The notes: generated by a model from the letters alone, not told the origin. Positions 1 to 10,107 are shown, counted from the stretch's first letter. The stretch: DNA of 32,000 nucleotides from Saccharolobus solfataricus (GCF_900079115.1 NZ_LT549890.1:1470001-1502000); one strand, 5' to 3'. Program-made: numbers and translations.

Positions 1-588
1 GATCGTGTAGCTGTGGCATTTATTGGAGATGGGGCTATGAATCAAGGTGTGGTTTTGGAGTCTTTAAATCTCTCTGCTATATGGAAACTTCCAGTAATAT
101 TTGTAGTAGAAGATAACATGTATGCGATGTCAACTAGAAGTTTAGTACCTGGTAAATTACAGCCTAGGCATTCAGCTGCTAAAAGTTATGTTGAGAGGGC
201 CTTAGGTTTTGGAATACCAGCTGTAGAAGTGGATGGGATGGACGTACTAGCAGTTTATGAGGTGGCTAAAGAAGCTGTTGATAGGGCTAGAAGAGGAGGA
301 GGCCCATCCTTATTACATTGTAAGACTTACAGATTCTTTGGACACTTTGAGGGAGATCCTTTAGTTTATAGAGATAAAGAGGAGGAAGAGATGTGGAGAA
401 AGAGGGATCCTATTACTCTATTTAGAGATAAACTTGTTTCAAATAATATTATAAATTCAGAGGAATTGGATAAGATAGACAGAGAGGCTAAAGCGGAAAT
501 AGAGCAAGCATTGAAATTTGCTGAGGAAAGTCCATATCCAGAAGTAGAAGAAGCTCTCACTGACGTTTTTACAGACAACTCGTATTAG
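1..588 (+). CDS. 2-oxoacid (acetoin/pyruvate-type) dehydrogenase E1 alpha subunit, C-terminal part; 5' end lies outside the window
   Basis: Frame 1 is open from nt 1 (DRVAVAFIGDGAMNQG...). ThDP-binding GDG...(~27 aa)...EDN motif with LPVIFVVEDNMYAMST. Directly followed by E1 beta. Confidence 0.9.
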   Translation, partial: DRVAVAFIGDGAMNQGVVLESLNLSAIWKLPVIFVVEDNMYAMSTRSLVPGKLQPRHSAAKSYVERALGFGIPAVEVDGMDVLAVYEVAKEAVDRARRGGGPSLLHCKTYRFFGHFEGDPLVYRDKEEEEMWRKRDPITLFRDKLVSNNIINSEELDKIDREAKAEIEQALKFAEESPYPEVEEALTDVFTDNSY

Positions 589-599
589 GGTGCATGTAA

Positions 600-1574
600 A
601 TGAGGCAGATAACGTTTACTGAAGCAATAAATGAGGCCTTAAGGCAAGAAATGGAAAGAGATCCCTCAGTCATATTAATAGGGGAAGATATAGGTGTTTA
701 TGGCGGAGCTTTTGGAGTAACTAAGGGTTTAATTGAGAAATTTGGCTCCGATAGAGTTATTGATACTCCAATATCTGAGGCTGGGTTCATAGGTGCAGCA
801 GTAGGTGCTGCATTAGCTGGCTTAAGACCAGTAGTGGAGTTAATGTTTGTAGATTTCTTTGGAGTTGCAATGGATCAGATCTATAATCAAATGGCTAAAT
901 TAAGGTATATGTCTGGAGGGCAATTGAAAGTACCCCTTACTTTAAGAGCACCAATAGGTGCGGGAATAAGTGCTGCAGCTCAACATTCGCAAACCCTTTA
1001 CTCAATTTTCGCTCACGTACCTGGTTTAAAGGTAGTTGTACCCTCTACTCCTCACGATGCTAAAGGTTTGTTAATCTCATCGATACGTGATGATAACCCA
1101 GTAGTATTCTTAGAACATAAGGTGTTATATGGGATAAAAGGTGAAGTACCGGAAGAAGAGTACACTATACCTCTAGGTAAGGCAGAGATAAGAAGAGAAG
1201 GAGATGACGTAACAGTAATTGGAATAGCCAGAACAGTATGGCATAGTTTAGAGGCTGCGGAACAACTGTCTAAGGAAAGTATAAGTGTGGAGGTTATTGA
1301 TGTGAGATCAATAGTTCCTTTCGATAAGGAGACCGTTATTAAATCGGTTAAGAAAACGGGGAGGGTTGTAATTGTGGATGAGGATTATGACAGATGTGGC
1401 TTCGCCTCATGGGTTTCTTCCATAATCGCAGACGAAGCCTTTGAATACTTGGATGCGCCAATAAAGAGAATAACTACTCCTAACGTCCCTATACCCTTCA
1501 GTCCTCCCTTAGAGCAATATATATTACCAGATTCTAAAAAGATTGTTAATACAGTTAAATCAATATTGGGGTAA
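600..1574 (+). CDS. 2-oxoacid dehydrogenase E1 beta subunit (transketolase-like pyrimidine-binding and C-terminal domains)
   Basis: 324 aa with typical E1beta N-terminus (TEAINEALRQEMERDPSVILIGEDIGVYGGAFGVTKGL..RVIDTPISE). GGTG lies 8 nt upstream of the ATG. 11-nt gap after E1 alpha. Confidence 0.92.
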   Translation: MRQITFTEAINEALRQEMERDPSVILIGEDIGVYGGAFGVTKGLIEKFGSDRVIDTPISEAGFIGAAVGAALAGLRPVVELMFVDFFGVAMDQIYNQMAKLRYMSGGQLKVPLTLRAPIGAGISAAAQHSQTLYSIFAHVPGLKVVVPSTPHDAKGLLISSIRDDNPVVFLEHKVLYGIKGEVPEEEYTIPLGKAEIRREGDDVTVIGIARTVWHSLEAAEQLSKESISVEVIDVRSIVPFDKETVIKSVKKTGRVVIVDEDYDRCGFASWVSSIIADEAFEYLDAPIKRITTPNVPIPFSPPLEQYILPDSKKIVNTVKSILG

Positions 1575-1581
1575 ATTTTGA

Positions 1582-2601
1582 TTGCCGGCTGTAGGAATTA
1601 TTGTTAACCCTGAATCTGGAAGGGATATTAGAAGGCTAGTTGCAAAAGCTACCTTTGTCTCTAACTACGCTAAGATAGATACAATAAAGCGTTTTCTTTA
1701 TGGGCTAAACATAACTAACTCTGTCGATGAGGTCGTATTTATGCCAGACTTTTACGGAATTTCCTTAGATATAATAAGTGATATTAAGGATGATGTTAAG
1801 TTTAAGTTAAGTACTCTAGATATGAGGGTAGAGAATACCGCAGATGATACTATTAACGCTTCAAAATACATGATAGAGAGTGGAGTAGATGTCATAGTAA
1901 GCGCTGGTGGGGATGGCACTCTACGGGCAGTATACAAAGGGGCAGGGGACAAGGTACCAATACTTGGTCTCTCCTTAGGAACAAATAACGTCTTAGGTGC
2001 CTTATACGAACCAACAGTTTTAGGGATGATGTTGGGGTTCCTCCTTAAGGAGAATAAGGCTATCTCAAATGTAGTTGAAAGAATAAAGACCATAAAGCTT
2101 TTTGTTAATAATGAATTTAAAAATCTGGCATTAGTGGATTTAACTTTTATGAGCGGTTGGTATGTAGGGGCTAGAGCGATATGGGATGAGTACTCATTAA
2201 GGTATGCTTTTATATCCAAGGGTGAATTAGGTGATATTGGAATACCTTCAATAGCCAGTCTCATTAGACCCATAACTTTTCAAGATGATTTAGGTCTAAT
2301 GGTGAAATTCGGGTTAGGTAAGATTAAGGTCGCTGCAACACTTGCGCCAGGGTTGGTAAAAGAGGTATTCATAGACGGAATTAGTATACTTAAACTGGGA
2401 CAAGAGGTACACTTACCTAGTGGTAGCTACGTTATTGCATTTGACGGTGAAAAGGAAATGGTAGTGAATTCCAAAGATGAGGCAATGGTTAGAATTGATA
2501 GAGATGGTCCTCTCTTAGTTAGTATACCTAAGTCTTTAAATTATATAAATAGTTATTATAGAGAGGAGATGGGTGAACTAAGATGGGCAAAGAAGTATTA
2601 A
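1582..2601 (+). CDS. ATP-NAD kinase / diacylglycerol-kinase-fold protein, AcoX-like
   Basis: 339 aa, TTG start. N-terminal VGIIVNPESG and SAGGDGTLRAV (GGDGT) motifs of the NAD-kinase fold. Embedded between E1beta and E2, overlapping E2 by 19 nt. Confidence 0.72.
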   Translation: MPAVGIIVNPESGRDIRRLVAKATFVSNYAKIDTIKRFLYGLNITNSVDEVVFMPDFYGISLDIISDIKDDVKFKLSTLDMRVENTADDTINASKYMIESGVDVIVSAGGDGTLRAVYKGAGDKVPILGLSLGTNNVLGALYEPTVLGMMLGFLLKENKAISNVVERIKTIKLFVNNEFKNLALVDLTFMSGWYVGARAIWDEYSLRYAFISKGELGDIGIPSIASLIRPITFQDDLGLMVKFGLGKIKVAATLAPGLVKEVFIDGISILKLGQEVHLPSGSYVIAFDGEKEMVVNSKDEAMVRIDRDGPLLVSIPKSLNYINSYYREEMGELRWAKKY

Positions 2602-3767
2602 TGCCTAAGTTAGGCTTAACCATGACAAAAGGGAAAATAGTTCAATGGAAGAAAAAGGAAGGTGACAGAGTTCAAGAAGGAGAGGACTTAGTAATAATAG
2701 AAACTGAGAAAATAACAACTACAGTAAAATCACCAGTTAGTGGTATCCTACTTAAGATTTACGCTAAGGAAGGTGAAGAGGTACCCGTTGGTCAAATAAT
2801 AGCGTACATAGGCGAAATTGGAGAACAACCTCCACCCTCACCTACTAAACCCGCTTTAGCTACTCAACAACAACAAGCGCAACCAATTCGAACCGAAGAG
2901 GTAAAGGTAATAGGCGAAGTAAGAGCTTCACCTAGGGCTAGAAGACTTGCCAAAGAAAAAGGAATAGATCTAAGTAAAATTAGGGGGACAGGACCAGGCG
3001 GTATGATAACGGAAGATGATGTAATTAGAGAGCTGGAAAATATCGAAAAAGGAATGAAATTCACCGCAACTGGTCTTAGGGTTAAAGAAGTGATACCAAT
3101 GAGTGTAATAAGACAAGAAATAAGTAGAAGAATGGTTCAGAGCCTTCAGACAATGGCCCAAGTAACACTAAGTATTGAGATTAATGCAAATTCGTTAGTT
3201 AAAATGAAAAATGAAATAGAGTCTAAGTATAGCATGAAAATTACCTATACAGATATTCTAGTTAAGGTAGTAGCTAAACTCCTCAGGGACCATCCATATT
3301 TAAACGCAACATTAGAGGGAGATCAAATAAAGATAATTGAAGAGGTTAATATAGGAATAGCTGTGGCTTTGGATCAAGGATTAATAGTACCAGTAATAAG
3401 GAACGCAGATACTAAGCCAATTACTGAAATAGCGAAAGAAAGTCATGAACTCGCTGATAAGGCCAGAGAGAATAAGTTAAACCCTGATGAAGTATCTGGA
3501 GGCACGTTTACGATAAGTAATTTAGGAATGTACGATATAGACTCATTTACACCAATTATAAATCCTCCTCAAACTGCCATATTGGGAGTAGGTAGGATAA
3601 GAAGGGCACCAGTAGTAGTAGGCGATAACATCTCAATTGGTTATATTATGTGGCTGAGTTTAACGTTCGATCATAGAGTGATGGATGGACATACTGCAGC
3701 CAAGTTCCTAAAAGAGCTTACTGAAATATTAGAGGATGAAAACAAATTGAGAACGTTTCTAAGTTAG
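2583..3767 (+). CDS. Dihydrolipoamide acyltransferase E2 (lipoyl domain, peripheral-subunit-binding domain, catalytic domain)
   Basis: Lipoyl-lysine context IIETEKITTTV. Pro/Gln-rich linker. PSBD-like ASPRARRLAKEKGIDLSKIRGTGPGGMITEDDV. Catalytic DHRVMDG motif. GGTGA at 2572-2576 lies 6 nt upstream of ATG 2583. Confidence 0.92.
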   Translation: MGKEVLMPKLGLTMTKGKIVQWKKKEGDRVQEGEDLVIIETEKITTTVKSPVSGILLKIYAKEGEEVPVGQIIAYIGEIGEQPPPSPTKPALATQQQQAQPIRTEEVKVIGEVRASPRARRLAKEKGIDLSKIRGTGPGGMITEDDVIRELENIEKGMKFTATGLRVKEVIPMSVIRQEISRRMVQSLQTMAQVTLSIEINANSLVKMKNEIESKYSMKITYTDILVKVVAKLLRDHPYLNATLEGDQIKIIEEVNIGIAVALDQGLIVPVIRNADTKPITEIAKESHELADKARENKLNPDEVSGGTFTISNLGMYDIDSFTPIINPPQTAILGVGRIRRAPVVVGDNISIGYIMWLSLTFDHRVMDGHTAAKFLKELTEILEDENKLRTFLS

Positions 3768-3992
3768 GGGAGATTCAGTTATCCATTGTATATTCACTTT
3801 ATTTTAAAGAAACTACGAAATTAACTAAATGAAGGCGACTGATTAGCAGAGATACATGATTACTGATATTGACATTTTTATAAGCACATTATTTACAAAT
3901 TACAATTCGCAAAGGAGAATTGAGTAGCACAATCATTAACTAAAACGAAAATAATAGTGGCTCAGCACAGAAATATTCAATAGATCAACTAT
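3766..3992 (+). repeat. ~225-bp intergenic repeat, full-length copy 1 (MITE-like), ending in the conserved ~60-bp core shared by six loci
   Basis: By-eye alignment of roughly 80-85% identity with the reverse complement of 29133-29352. Starts on the E2 stop codon. Core ...AATAATAGTGG...AATATTCAATAGATCAACTATG. Confidence 0.75.
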
Positions 3993-4040
3993 GAATCACT
4001 GGCCGAAAAAATTATTAATGTTCTTCAAGATTATGTTTTA

Positions 4041-5396
4041 ATGCAGGAGTTTATAAATGAAATTCAGAGGAATTTTTCAAATTGCGTAGTGGAAGACTTA
4101 GATAAGTATAAAAGGGACTGGACACCACTCTTAATTCTAGAAGAACATTTAGGAAAAAATTTAGGAAAACCGTTGTTAGTTCTCTCTCCATCAACTACCG
4201 AGGAGGTTTCAAATATTGTTAAGTTGGCTAATAAGTATTATGTCTGCATCGTTCCTTACGGAGGAGGTTCTAGCGTAGTGGGTGGGTCTTATCATAATAA
4301 TTGCGTAATCCTTGATTTATCTAAACTAAACAGAATAATAGAGTTCAATGAGGAAGACCTAAGCGTAACAGTTGAGGTAGGAATAAAAATTAAGGATCTT
4401 GAAGAATGGTTAAATAAAAGAGGATATACTCTGGATTATCATCCTCAATCCTTTTATCTAGCTACCATAGGTGGGGCTATAGCTCATAAAGGATCTGGAT
4501 CACATAGTAGTAGTAACATAGAGAATTTAATATTGTGGTTAGAAGTGATTTTGCCTAACGGTAAAGCAGTTAAAGTCGGTAGTTCCATAAGAACTTCCAT
4601 GAGTCCAGATCTTGTAAGGTTATTTATAGGCTCCGAGGGAACTTTAGGAGTAATAACTAAGGCTAAACTGAGAATATTCCCTCTTGCACCATATCATACT
4701 GACCTTTCCTTTCTCTTTCCTAATTTTCATAATGCAATAAAGTTTACTAGGGAATATGTTTTGAGGACCTCTCCTCCACATAGGATAGTAGTTCACGATA
4801 AGGAAAGCAGTGAAATGATGTTGAATATCCCTTATAATATTGCATTAATAAGAGTTAGGGGATATGACGAAGATTTAGTTAACGTGAATGAGAAGATAAT
4901 TAGACAGCTTGCTATGAGACATAACGCAAATGAGGGCGACAGAAGTCTGATAAGAAGCTGGAGAGAGGTCTTTGCTAGAAAGTATGAAGAGCAAATGACT
5001 AAGATAATTTCACAAGGTTTATGGAATGACACATTAGATTTAGGTGCTACTTGGAGTGCGATGCCTAAGCTTTATGATAAGCTAAAGGAATCCTTAAACT
5101 CCATGAAAGGTATTAAAAATGTTCTGTCCAGAGTGACTCATGTCTATACTAACGGTGCCTCACTATATAACGTGGTGGTTATGGAACAAGACCTTGAGTT
5201 ATTAAAAAGAGTTTGGGAGACTGCTGCTAGAGTTATAATGCAATTAGGTGGTACAATTTCCCACCATCATGGAGTTGGCATTTTAAAGAAAAATTGGGTT
5301 AAGGAAGAATTAGGCGAGCAATACGACTTATTGCTTCTAATTAAAAGAATGATTGATAGTAATAACATAATGAATCCAGGTAAAGTGTTTTCATAA
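4041..5396 (+). CDS. FAD-linked oxidase (GlcD / D-lactate dehydrogenase / alkyl-DHAP-synthase-like, PCMH-type FAD-binding domain)
   Basis: 451 aa. FAD-binding PYGGGSSVVGG and GSEGTLGVITKAKL motifs. C-terminal HHHGVG...MNPGK typical of the family. Confidence 0.8.
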   Translation: MQEFINEIQRNFSNCVVEDLDKYKRDWTPLLILEEHLGKNLGKPLLVLSPSTTEEVSNIVKLANKYYVCIVPYGGGSSVVGGSYHNNCVILDLSKLNRIIEFNEEDLSVTVEVGIKIKDLEEWLNKRGYTLDYHPQSFYLATIGGAIAHKGSGSHSSSNIENLILWLEVILPNGKAVKVGSSIRTSMSPDLVRLFIGSEGTLGVITKAKLRIFPLAPYHTDLSFLFPNFHNAIKFTREYVLRTSPPHRIVVHDKESSEMMLNIPYNIALIRVRGYDEDLVNVNEKIIRQLAMRHNANEGDRSLIRSWREVFARKYEEQMTKIISQGLWNDTLDLGATWSAMPKLYDKLKESLNSMKGIKNVLSRVTHVYTNGASLYNVVVMEQDLELLKRVWETAARVIMQLGGTISHHHGVGILKKNWVKEELGEQYDLLLLIKRMIDSNNIMNPGKVFS

Positions 5397-5720
5397 ATTT
5401 CTTTTTCTCTAAATCATTATTTTATTAGCCTTAATATTAACATCCATAACTGCGATACCTTTCATATTTTTTTAAATTATATTAATTTTAGATATTCTAG
5501 TATTTGAGAACGTTTATAATGTACAAATTTCTAACAATATACATCTATTATCCTTAAGAAAAGCTCATAACTTTATACTGGTATTATATTAAAACTAGAA
5601 ATGAAGTTGTAGCTAAAAGAAATGCGTTATAAGCTATTACAGAGCTATGCTACTTTATTGACCCATTAAATTTTTGCGGGAAATATAAGAATTATTTCGA
5701 ACTTAATTTATACATCTTTA

Positions 5721-5790
5721 CATTAATAGGAAATGCAAAGATAATAGCGGTTATGTTCAGAAATATCCAATTAGATCAACTATGAATCAC
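5721..5790 (+). repeat. Short copy (core only) of the intergenic repeat family
   Basis: cattaataggaaatgcaaAGATAATAGcggttatgttcagAAATATCCAATTAGATCAACTATGAATCAC. Last ~30 nt nearly identical to 3968-4000. Confidence 0.7.
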
Positions 5791-6072
5791 ATACTACTTT
5801 CTTTAAATTTGCATGATATTTACATTATTCTACACTTTAGCTCTCCAAAAATCAGACAGTTATTGGAAAATTGTTTTTTTTTTTATTTAAAGATTATAAT
5901 GAATAGTTATGACAAACTCTATACTTCCTATAAGTCAATAATAGCAAATATTGGGATAGGATTAAATACTTTAAAATCCATATGTTATTTTCAGAAATAT
6001 TATTGATTCCTTGAAATATCCTAAAAATACTAATCTAGGAGTATAACGATTACACTAAATCGCTATCTAAAT

Positions 6073-7098
6073 TTACGTTATAAAGTCAAGCTCTATACCT
6101 CTCTCTTCAAGAAGTTTAGCTACTTTCTCTCTAATATTAATAAGGATATCTTGTATCAAAGCTAACGGCTTCATACCGTAATCTACTAGGAACATTAATC
6201 TATTAACCTCTGTTAATTTCCATATTTTATAGATCTGATTTGCGACATCCTCTGGACCTCCGAGTAATAGTAGTCCACTGTTATAAAGGTCGTCTAACGT
6301 TCTCCTTTTTGCATAAAGCCTAGAGAATACATATCTATGTAAATATTCTTTACTCTCCTCTACTGCATCGTGAAATGACTTAGAAATGTGTGTATGAAAG
6401 GCTAAAGAGATCTCGGCATTAGTGTTTTCTTTCAGCCCTTGTTTATACGAATCTGTTACTGGTTTTACATCATCGATTTTATCTACTGTAGCATAGGGTA
6501 TCATCATTAAATTAAATCCCTTCTTTCCAACGTGATATGCAGCCTCAGCCCTTAGTACGGCAATCCAAATTGGTGGATAGGGTTTCTGCAAGGGCAGAAC
6601 ATTTATTTTTATATTCTCATATTTGAAATATTTACCATTAACTGATACACTTTCTCCACTCATCAGCTTCAGAATTATGTCTAACGCCTCGTCGAAAATC
6701 TCCCTCTTAGCCTCTTGAGGTATGTTAAATCCCGCGAACTCATGCTTTAAATACCCGCTTCCCATGGCTAGATTAAGTCTCCCATTTGATAGCGTATCAA
6801 GTAGTGAATATTCTTCAGCAACTTGTATGGGATTCTTAAATACTATTGTTGCGACTGCAGGGCCAATTCTAATATTCTTTGTCCTAGATGCTATGTGAGA
6901 TAAGTATACTGATGTCGATGGGACTATACCATAGTCAATAAAATGATGTTCTGCAATCCATACTCCCCTATATCCTAACTTTTCCGCAAATTCTATTTCT
7001 TTTGCGACTTGTTCATAATACTCCCTTTTAGTAAGTCCAGATTCTGAGTAATAATCCATAACCCAGAACAGTTCAGGTTTTATCTTATTTTCGACCAT
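6073..7098 (-). CDS. Luciferase-like (LLM-class) flavin-dependent oxidoreductase
   Basis: 341 aa. LGYRGVWIAEHHF, IRIGPAV, GRLNLAMGSGY signatures of bacterial-luciferase-fold enzymes. Confidence 0.8.
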   Translation of the reverse strand: MVENKIKPELFWVMDYYSESGLTKREYYEQVAKEIEFAEKLGYRGVWIAEHHFIDYGIVPSTSVYLSHIASRTKNIRIGPAVATIVFKNPIQVAEEYSLLDTLSNGRLNLAMGSGYLKHEFAGFNIPQEAKREIFDEALDIILKLMSGESVSVNGKYFKYENIKINVLPLQKPYPPIWIAVLRAEAAYHVGKKGFNLMMIPYATVDKIDDVKPVTDSYKQGLKENTNAEISLAFHTHISKSFHDAVEESKEYLHRYVFSRLYAKRRTLDDLYNSGLLLLGGPEDVANQIYKIWKLTEVNRLMFLVDYGMKPLALIQDILINIREKVAKLLEERGIELDFIT

Positions 7099-7197
7099 AT
7101 ATATTCCTAGCTGAATTCCATAAAATAAACTTTACATGGAAACTTTTCCATTATACGCTTAAATATTTCTTTTACCCTTTTATATTATTGATAGAGT

Positions 7198-8352
7198 ATG
7201 GTATTTTATCATAGACAAGGTGAATTGCCTAAGAAGAGGCATACTGTATTCATGAAAGATGGGAAGTTAATGAGGGAGGAAGTATTTGGGCTTAATGGGT
7301 TTAATGGGAGATATTCCCTTCTCTATCATTTAAATCCCCCCACAAGGATAATGAAATTAGGGGAGTGGAAAAGTAATACAATAGGGGAGTGGAAGGACGC
7401 TGAGTATAGACACCATAAACTCTCAACCTCAAAATTAAGGAAAAGTAGCGATGTTTTCCTAGATCGTATAGCTCTAATATTTAATGATAATCTCATCATA
7501 TCCTTTTCAAAAGTAGACGAGGGAGATACTAAATTGTTTTACAGAAACGCCGATTTTGATGAGATATATTACGTACACTCAGGGGAAATATTATTTAAAA
7601 GCGTATTTGGGGAAATAGAGGTAAAAGAGGGAGATTATTTAGTAATTCCCAGGGGAACTACTTATACACTCTCCTTTAAGAAGAACGCAGAGCTTTTTAT
7701 TATCGAAGGCAAGCAGATAGAAGTGCCTAAAGACTACAGAAATGAATATGGACAATTAGTTGAGGGCTCCTTCTATTATAATAGAGATCTAAAATTACCT
7801 GTTTTAAGAACTTATGACGAAAATGGTAATTACAAGCTAGTTATCAAAACAGTTAATGGTTTTCAACTGGTAGAGTTAGATACGCATCCTTTTGACGTTG
7901 TTGGTTGGGATGGTTATCTTTATCCTTTTGCCTTAAGTGTTTACGATTTAGAACCCATTACCGGTAAACTACATCAACCACCAACAGCCTATACTACTTT
8001 TGCAGCTGACGATTTTGTTGTATGTACGTTTGTGCCTAGATTATTCGATTATCACCCCCAGTCTGTTCCGATATCTTATTATCATAATAATATTGATGCT
8101 GAAGAGATAATCTTCTATTCCTCTGGACAATTTATGAGTAGAAGAGGAATAAATAAGGGTGACATAACCCTACATAGGGGAGGCCATATACATGGACCAC
8201 AGCCAAGTGCAGTTGAGGCAAGCCTTAACAAGAGAGGTACATATAACGATGAGGTAGCCATTATGGTAGAGACACAGAAAAGAGTGAAAGTGTCTATTTA
8301 CGCAAAAGAGATAGATGATCCAACATATCCATTATCATGGTATACCTCATAG
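7198..8352 (+). CDS. Homogentisate 1,2-dioxygenase (short cupin-type form)
   Basis: 384 aa. N-terminal YHRQGELPKKRHT and C-terminal YYHNN.DAEE...HRGGHIHGP pattern recognised from short HGD proteins. Divergent from the LLM gene across a 99-bp spacer. Confidence 0.72.
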   Translation: MVFYHRQGELPKKRHTVFMKDGKLMREEVFGLNGFNGRYSLLYHLNPPTRIMKLGEWKSNTIGEWKDAEYRHHKLSTSKLRKSSDVFLDRIALIFNDNLIISFSKVDEGDTKLFYRNADFDEIYYVHSGEILFKSVFGEIEVKEGDYLVIPRGTTYTLSFKKNAELFIIEGKQIEVPKDYRNEYGQLVEGSFYYNRDLKLPVLRTYDENGNYKLVIKTVNGFQLVELDTHPFDVVGWDGYLYPFALSVYDLEPITGKLHQPPTAYTTFAADDFVVCTFVPRLFDYHPQSVPISYYHNNIDAEEIIFYSSGQFMSRRGINKGDITLHRGGHIHGPQPSAVEASLNKRGTYNDEVAIMVETQKRVKVSIYAKEIDDPTYPLSWYTS

Positions 8353-8682
8353 GGACATTTTGTGGAATTCATCAGATAATAATATTTCATTTAGCTTAGA
8401 TCTATTTTATTGTTTTTAATTTTAATAAGTAAGAATGTGAAGGGATTTGGGCTTCATAGGATTTCACGATATTTAATCCTCAATCTTTTGACTTCACCAA
8501 AGCCAAACCCGTTCATCTTTCTTCGCCTCATTAGCGGAAAGTCCCGAGTAAGATAAACTCCCTTTTACTAGTCATGAAAAACTTTATAGACTTTACTGTT
8601 CGTCTGAAACTGCTGACCACAGCTTAAAAACTAAAAAATGAAAAGTTAATTTTCGTCTCAAATTCAGTCTAGCTTTCATTAC

Positions 8683-10107
8683 TTAAGCATAGGTTGTAGT
8701 AGAGGGTCTTTCCCTTATCCTAGTCGCTAAGATAGTCACTAAAACAGTTGTAGCCATAGAGATTAAAAATGCATATTCAAAGGCCAATCTGGAAGGAACA
8801 AATGCAAATATCGGTATATTATTTAAATACCCCTCAAATATTGGAGTCTTAAATGTATCCTCTAATGACCCAACAACTATTGGACCTAAAGTATTACCCA
8901 TTAACCTCATTGAAGTATTAGTTCCAGTTAAGGTGCTCATCCTTTCTCTTTTTGATGAAGCGATTAGCAAAGTTACCCTTGTCACATTCATTCCAGAGAT
9001 AAAAAACAAGATTAATGACAAGAAGCCCATTAATTCTAAAACGGAAATTCTAAGGGAAATTATATATGCGAGGAAAAGTAAAAGGAAAGATGAGACTGAA
9101 GACGAGGTAAGGATTACTTTCATATAGCCAATCTTTGTGACTAATCTTCCAAAGAAGGGACCAGCAATTAGAATTATTAAAGCAATTGGTGCCATTGTCT
9201 CTCCCGTCTGTAAAATAGTCATACCGTAACCTATTGGAGACGGGAGTTCAAAAATGAAGACTAAAGACTGGAAAGTTAAGAATAAGCCAAAACCAGTAAT
9301 AAACGAGGAAATAAGTGGGACAGCAACATTAGGATTCTTAAAATCATAAGGGTCAATTATCGGGTTTCTACTTTTGCTTATATGAAGTGCAAAGAGGTAA
9401 AACAGAAGAATTGAGAGAAGTAAAGAGGTGAAGAACTGTAAAGATGTCCATCCCCATGTAGGAGCTTCGGTTAAACCAATACCAAGGATTAGGAAAGATA
9501 GGGAAAGAAGAATAACTCCCACATCGTCTATTTTCCTATCACTACCCTTTGACTCGGATGAAGGTAATATCACATAGATAATTATAGTAGAAAGAATTAA
9601 GAGTGGTATTGCTGTTTCGTAAGCGAATTCCCATGAGAAATATTGTGAAATGTAACTACCAATAGGAAGTGCTACAGCTGCACCTATCGCAAATGTTGAT
9701 GCAATTATACCTTGGGCTATTGGTAGTTCTCTATCCGGTATTCTTTCCCTTAGTATCGTATAAGCTATTGGATTTATACTTAAACCTATCCCTTGTATGC
9801 TCCTTGAAATTAAAAGGATGGAATAGTTTGGTGAGATCGCAGTTAAGAATACACTTAGTATATATACAACTAGGATCGAAATTAAGACCTTTTTCCTTCC
9901 ATAACTATCAGCTAATTTTCCTAAGAAGGGAGCTAAGGTCATACCAGCTAATGTTTCAGAAGACAAGACCCATGATGCTTCTGATGATGTTATTGAGAAT
10001 TGGTTTTCTATTTCTGGTAAAGAAGGCAAAATTACCATTTCTACATACATTGTCATTATTGTTATAAATGCTAGGATAGGGACATATCTCAGAAATGCTC
10101 TCTCCAT
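8683..10107 (-). CDS. MFS transporter (probably 14-TMS drug:H+ antiporter-like)
   Basis: 474 aa, hydrophobic throughout. MFS motif A GKLADSYGRKKVLI between the second and third predicted helices. Confidence 0.85.
   Translation of the reverse strand: MERAFLRYVPILAFITIMTMYVEMVILPSLPEIENQFSITSSEASWVLSSETLAGMTLAPFLGKLADSYGRKKVLISILVVYILSVFLTAISPNYSILLISRSIQGIGLSINPIAYTILRERIPDRELPIAQGIIASTFAIGAAVALPIGSYISQYFSWEFAYETAIPLLILSTIIIYVILPSSESKGSDRKIDDVGVILLSLSFLILGIGLTEAPTWGWTSLQFFTSLLLSILLFYLFALHISKSRNPIIDPYDFKNPNVAVPLISSFITGFGLFLTFQSLVFIFELPSPIGYGMTILQTGETMAPIALIILIAGPFFGRLVTKIGYMKVILTSSSVSSFLLLFLAYIISLRISVLELMGFLSLILFFISGMNVTRVTLLIASSKRERMSTLTGTNTSMRLMGNTLGPIVVGSLEDTFKTPIFEGYLNNIPIFAFVPSRLAFEYAFLISMATTVLVTILATRIRERPSTTTYA

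Noticed and set aside
3820-3875. C/D-box sRNA-like pattern (atgaagg..ctga...atgatta ctga) inside the 225-bp repeat
   Set aside because: The box spacing is wrong, with only 3 nt between the putative C and D' boxes, and the boxes are imperfect.
366-5032. Track ORFs antisense to or overlapping the dehydrogenase and oxidase genes (366-578, 1752-2273, 2864-3064, 2970-3161, 4832-5032)
   Set aside because: Each lies entirely inside a longer opposite-strand gene with strong family motifs. Their translations are Ser/Leu/Ile-rich low-complexity sequences typical of antisense frames in AT-rich genomes.
5782-6006. 74-aa ORF in the 5.4-6.07 kb spacer
   Set aside because: It is an extremely AT-rich region and the translation is low-complexity (Ile/Leu/Tyr/Asn/Phe). 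The start overlaps the repeat-family core, and there is no SD or promoter logic.
8476-8550. 24-codon minus-strand ORF (MRRRKMNGFGFGEVKRLRIKYREIL) and imperfect inverted repeats in the 8353-8682 spacer
   Set aside because: It is too short and has no partner evidence. The inverted repeats (gggatttgggctt / aaagccaaaccc) are imperfect. It could be a gene fossil, but I cannot support any call.
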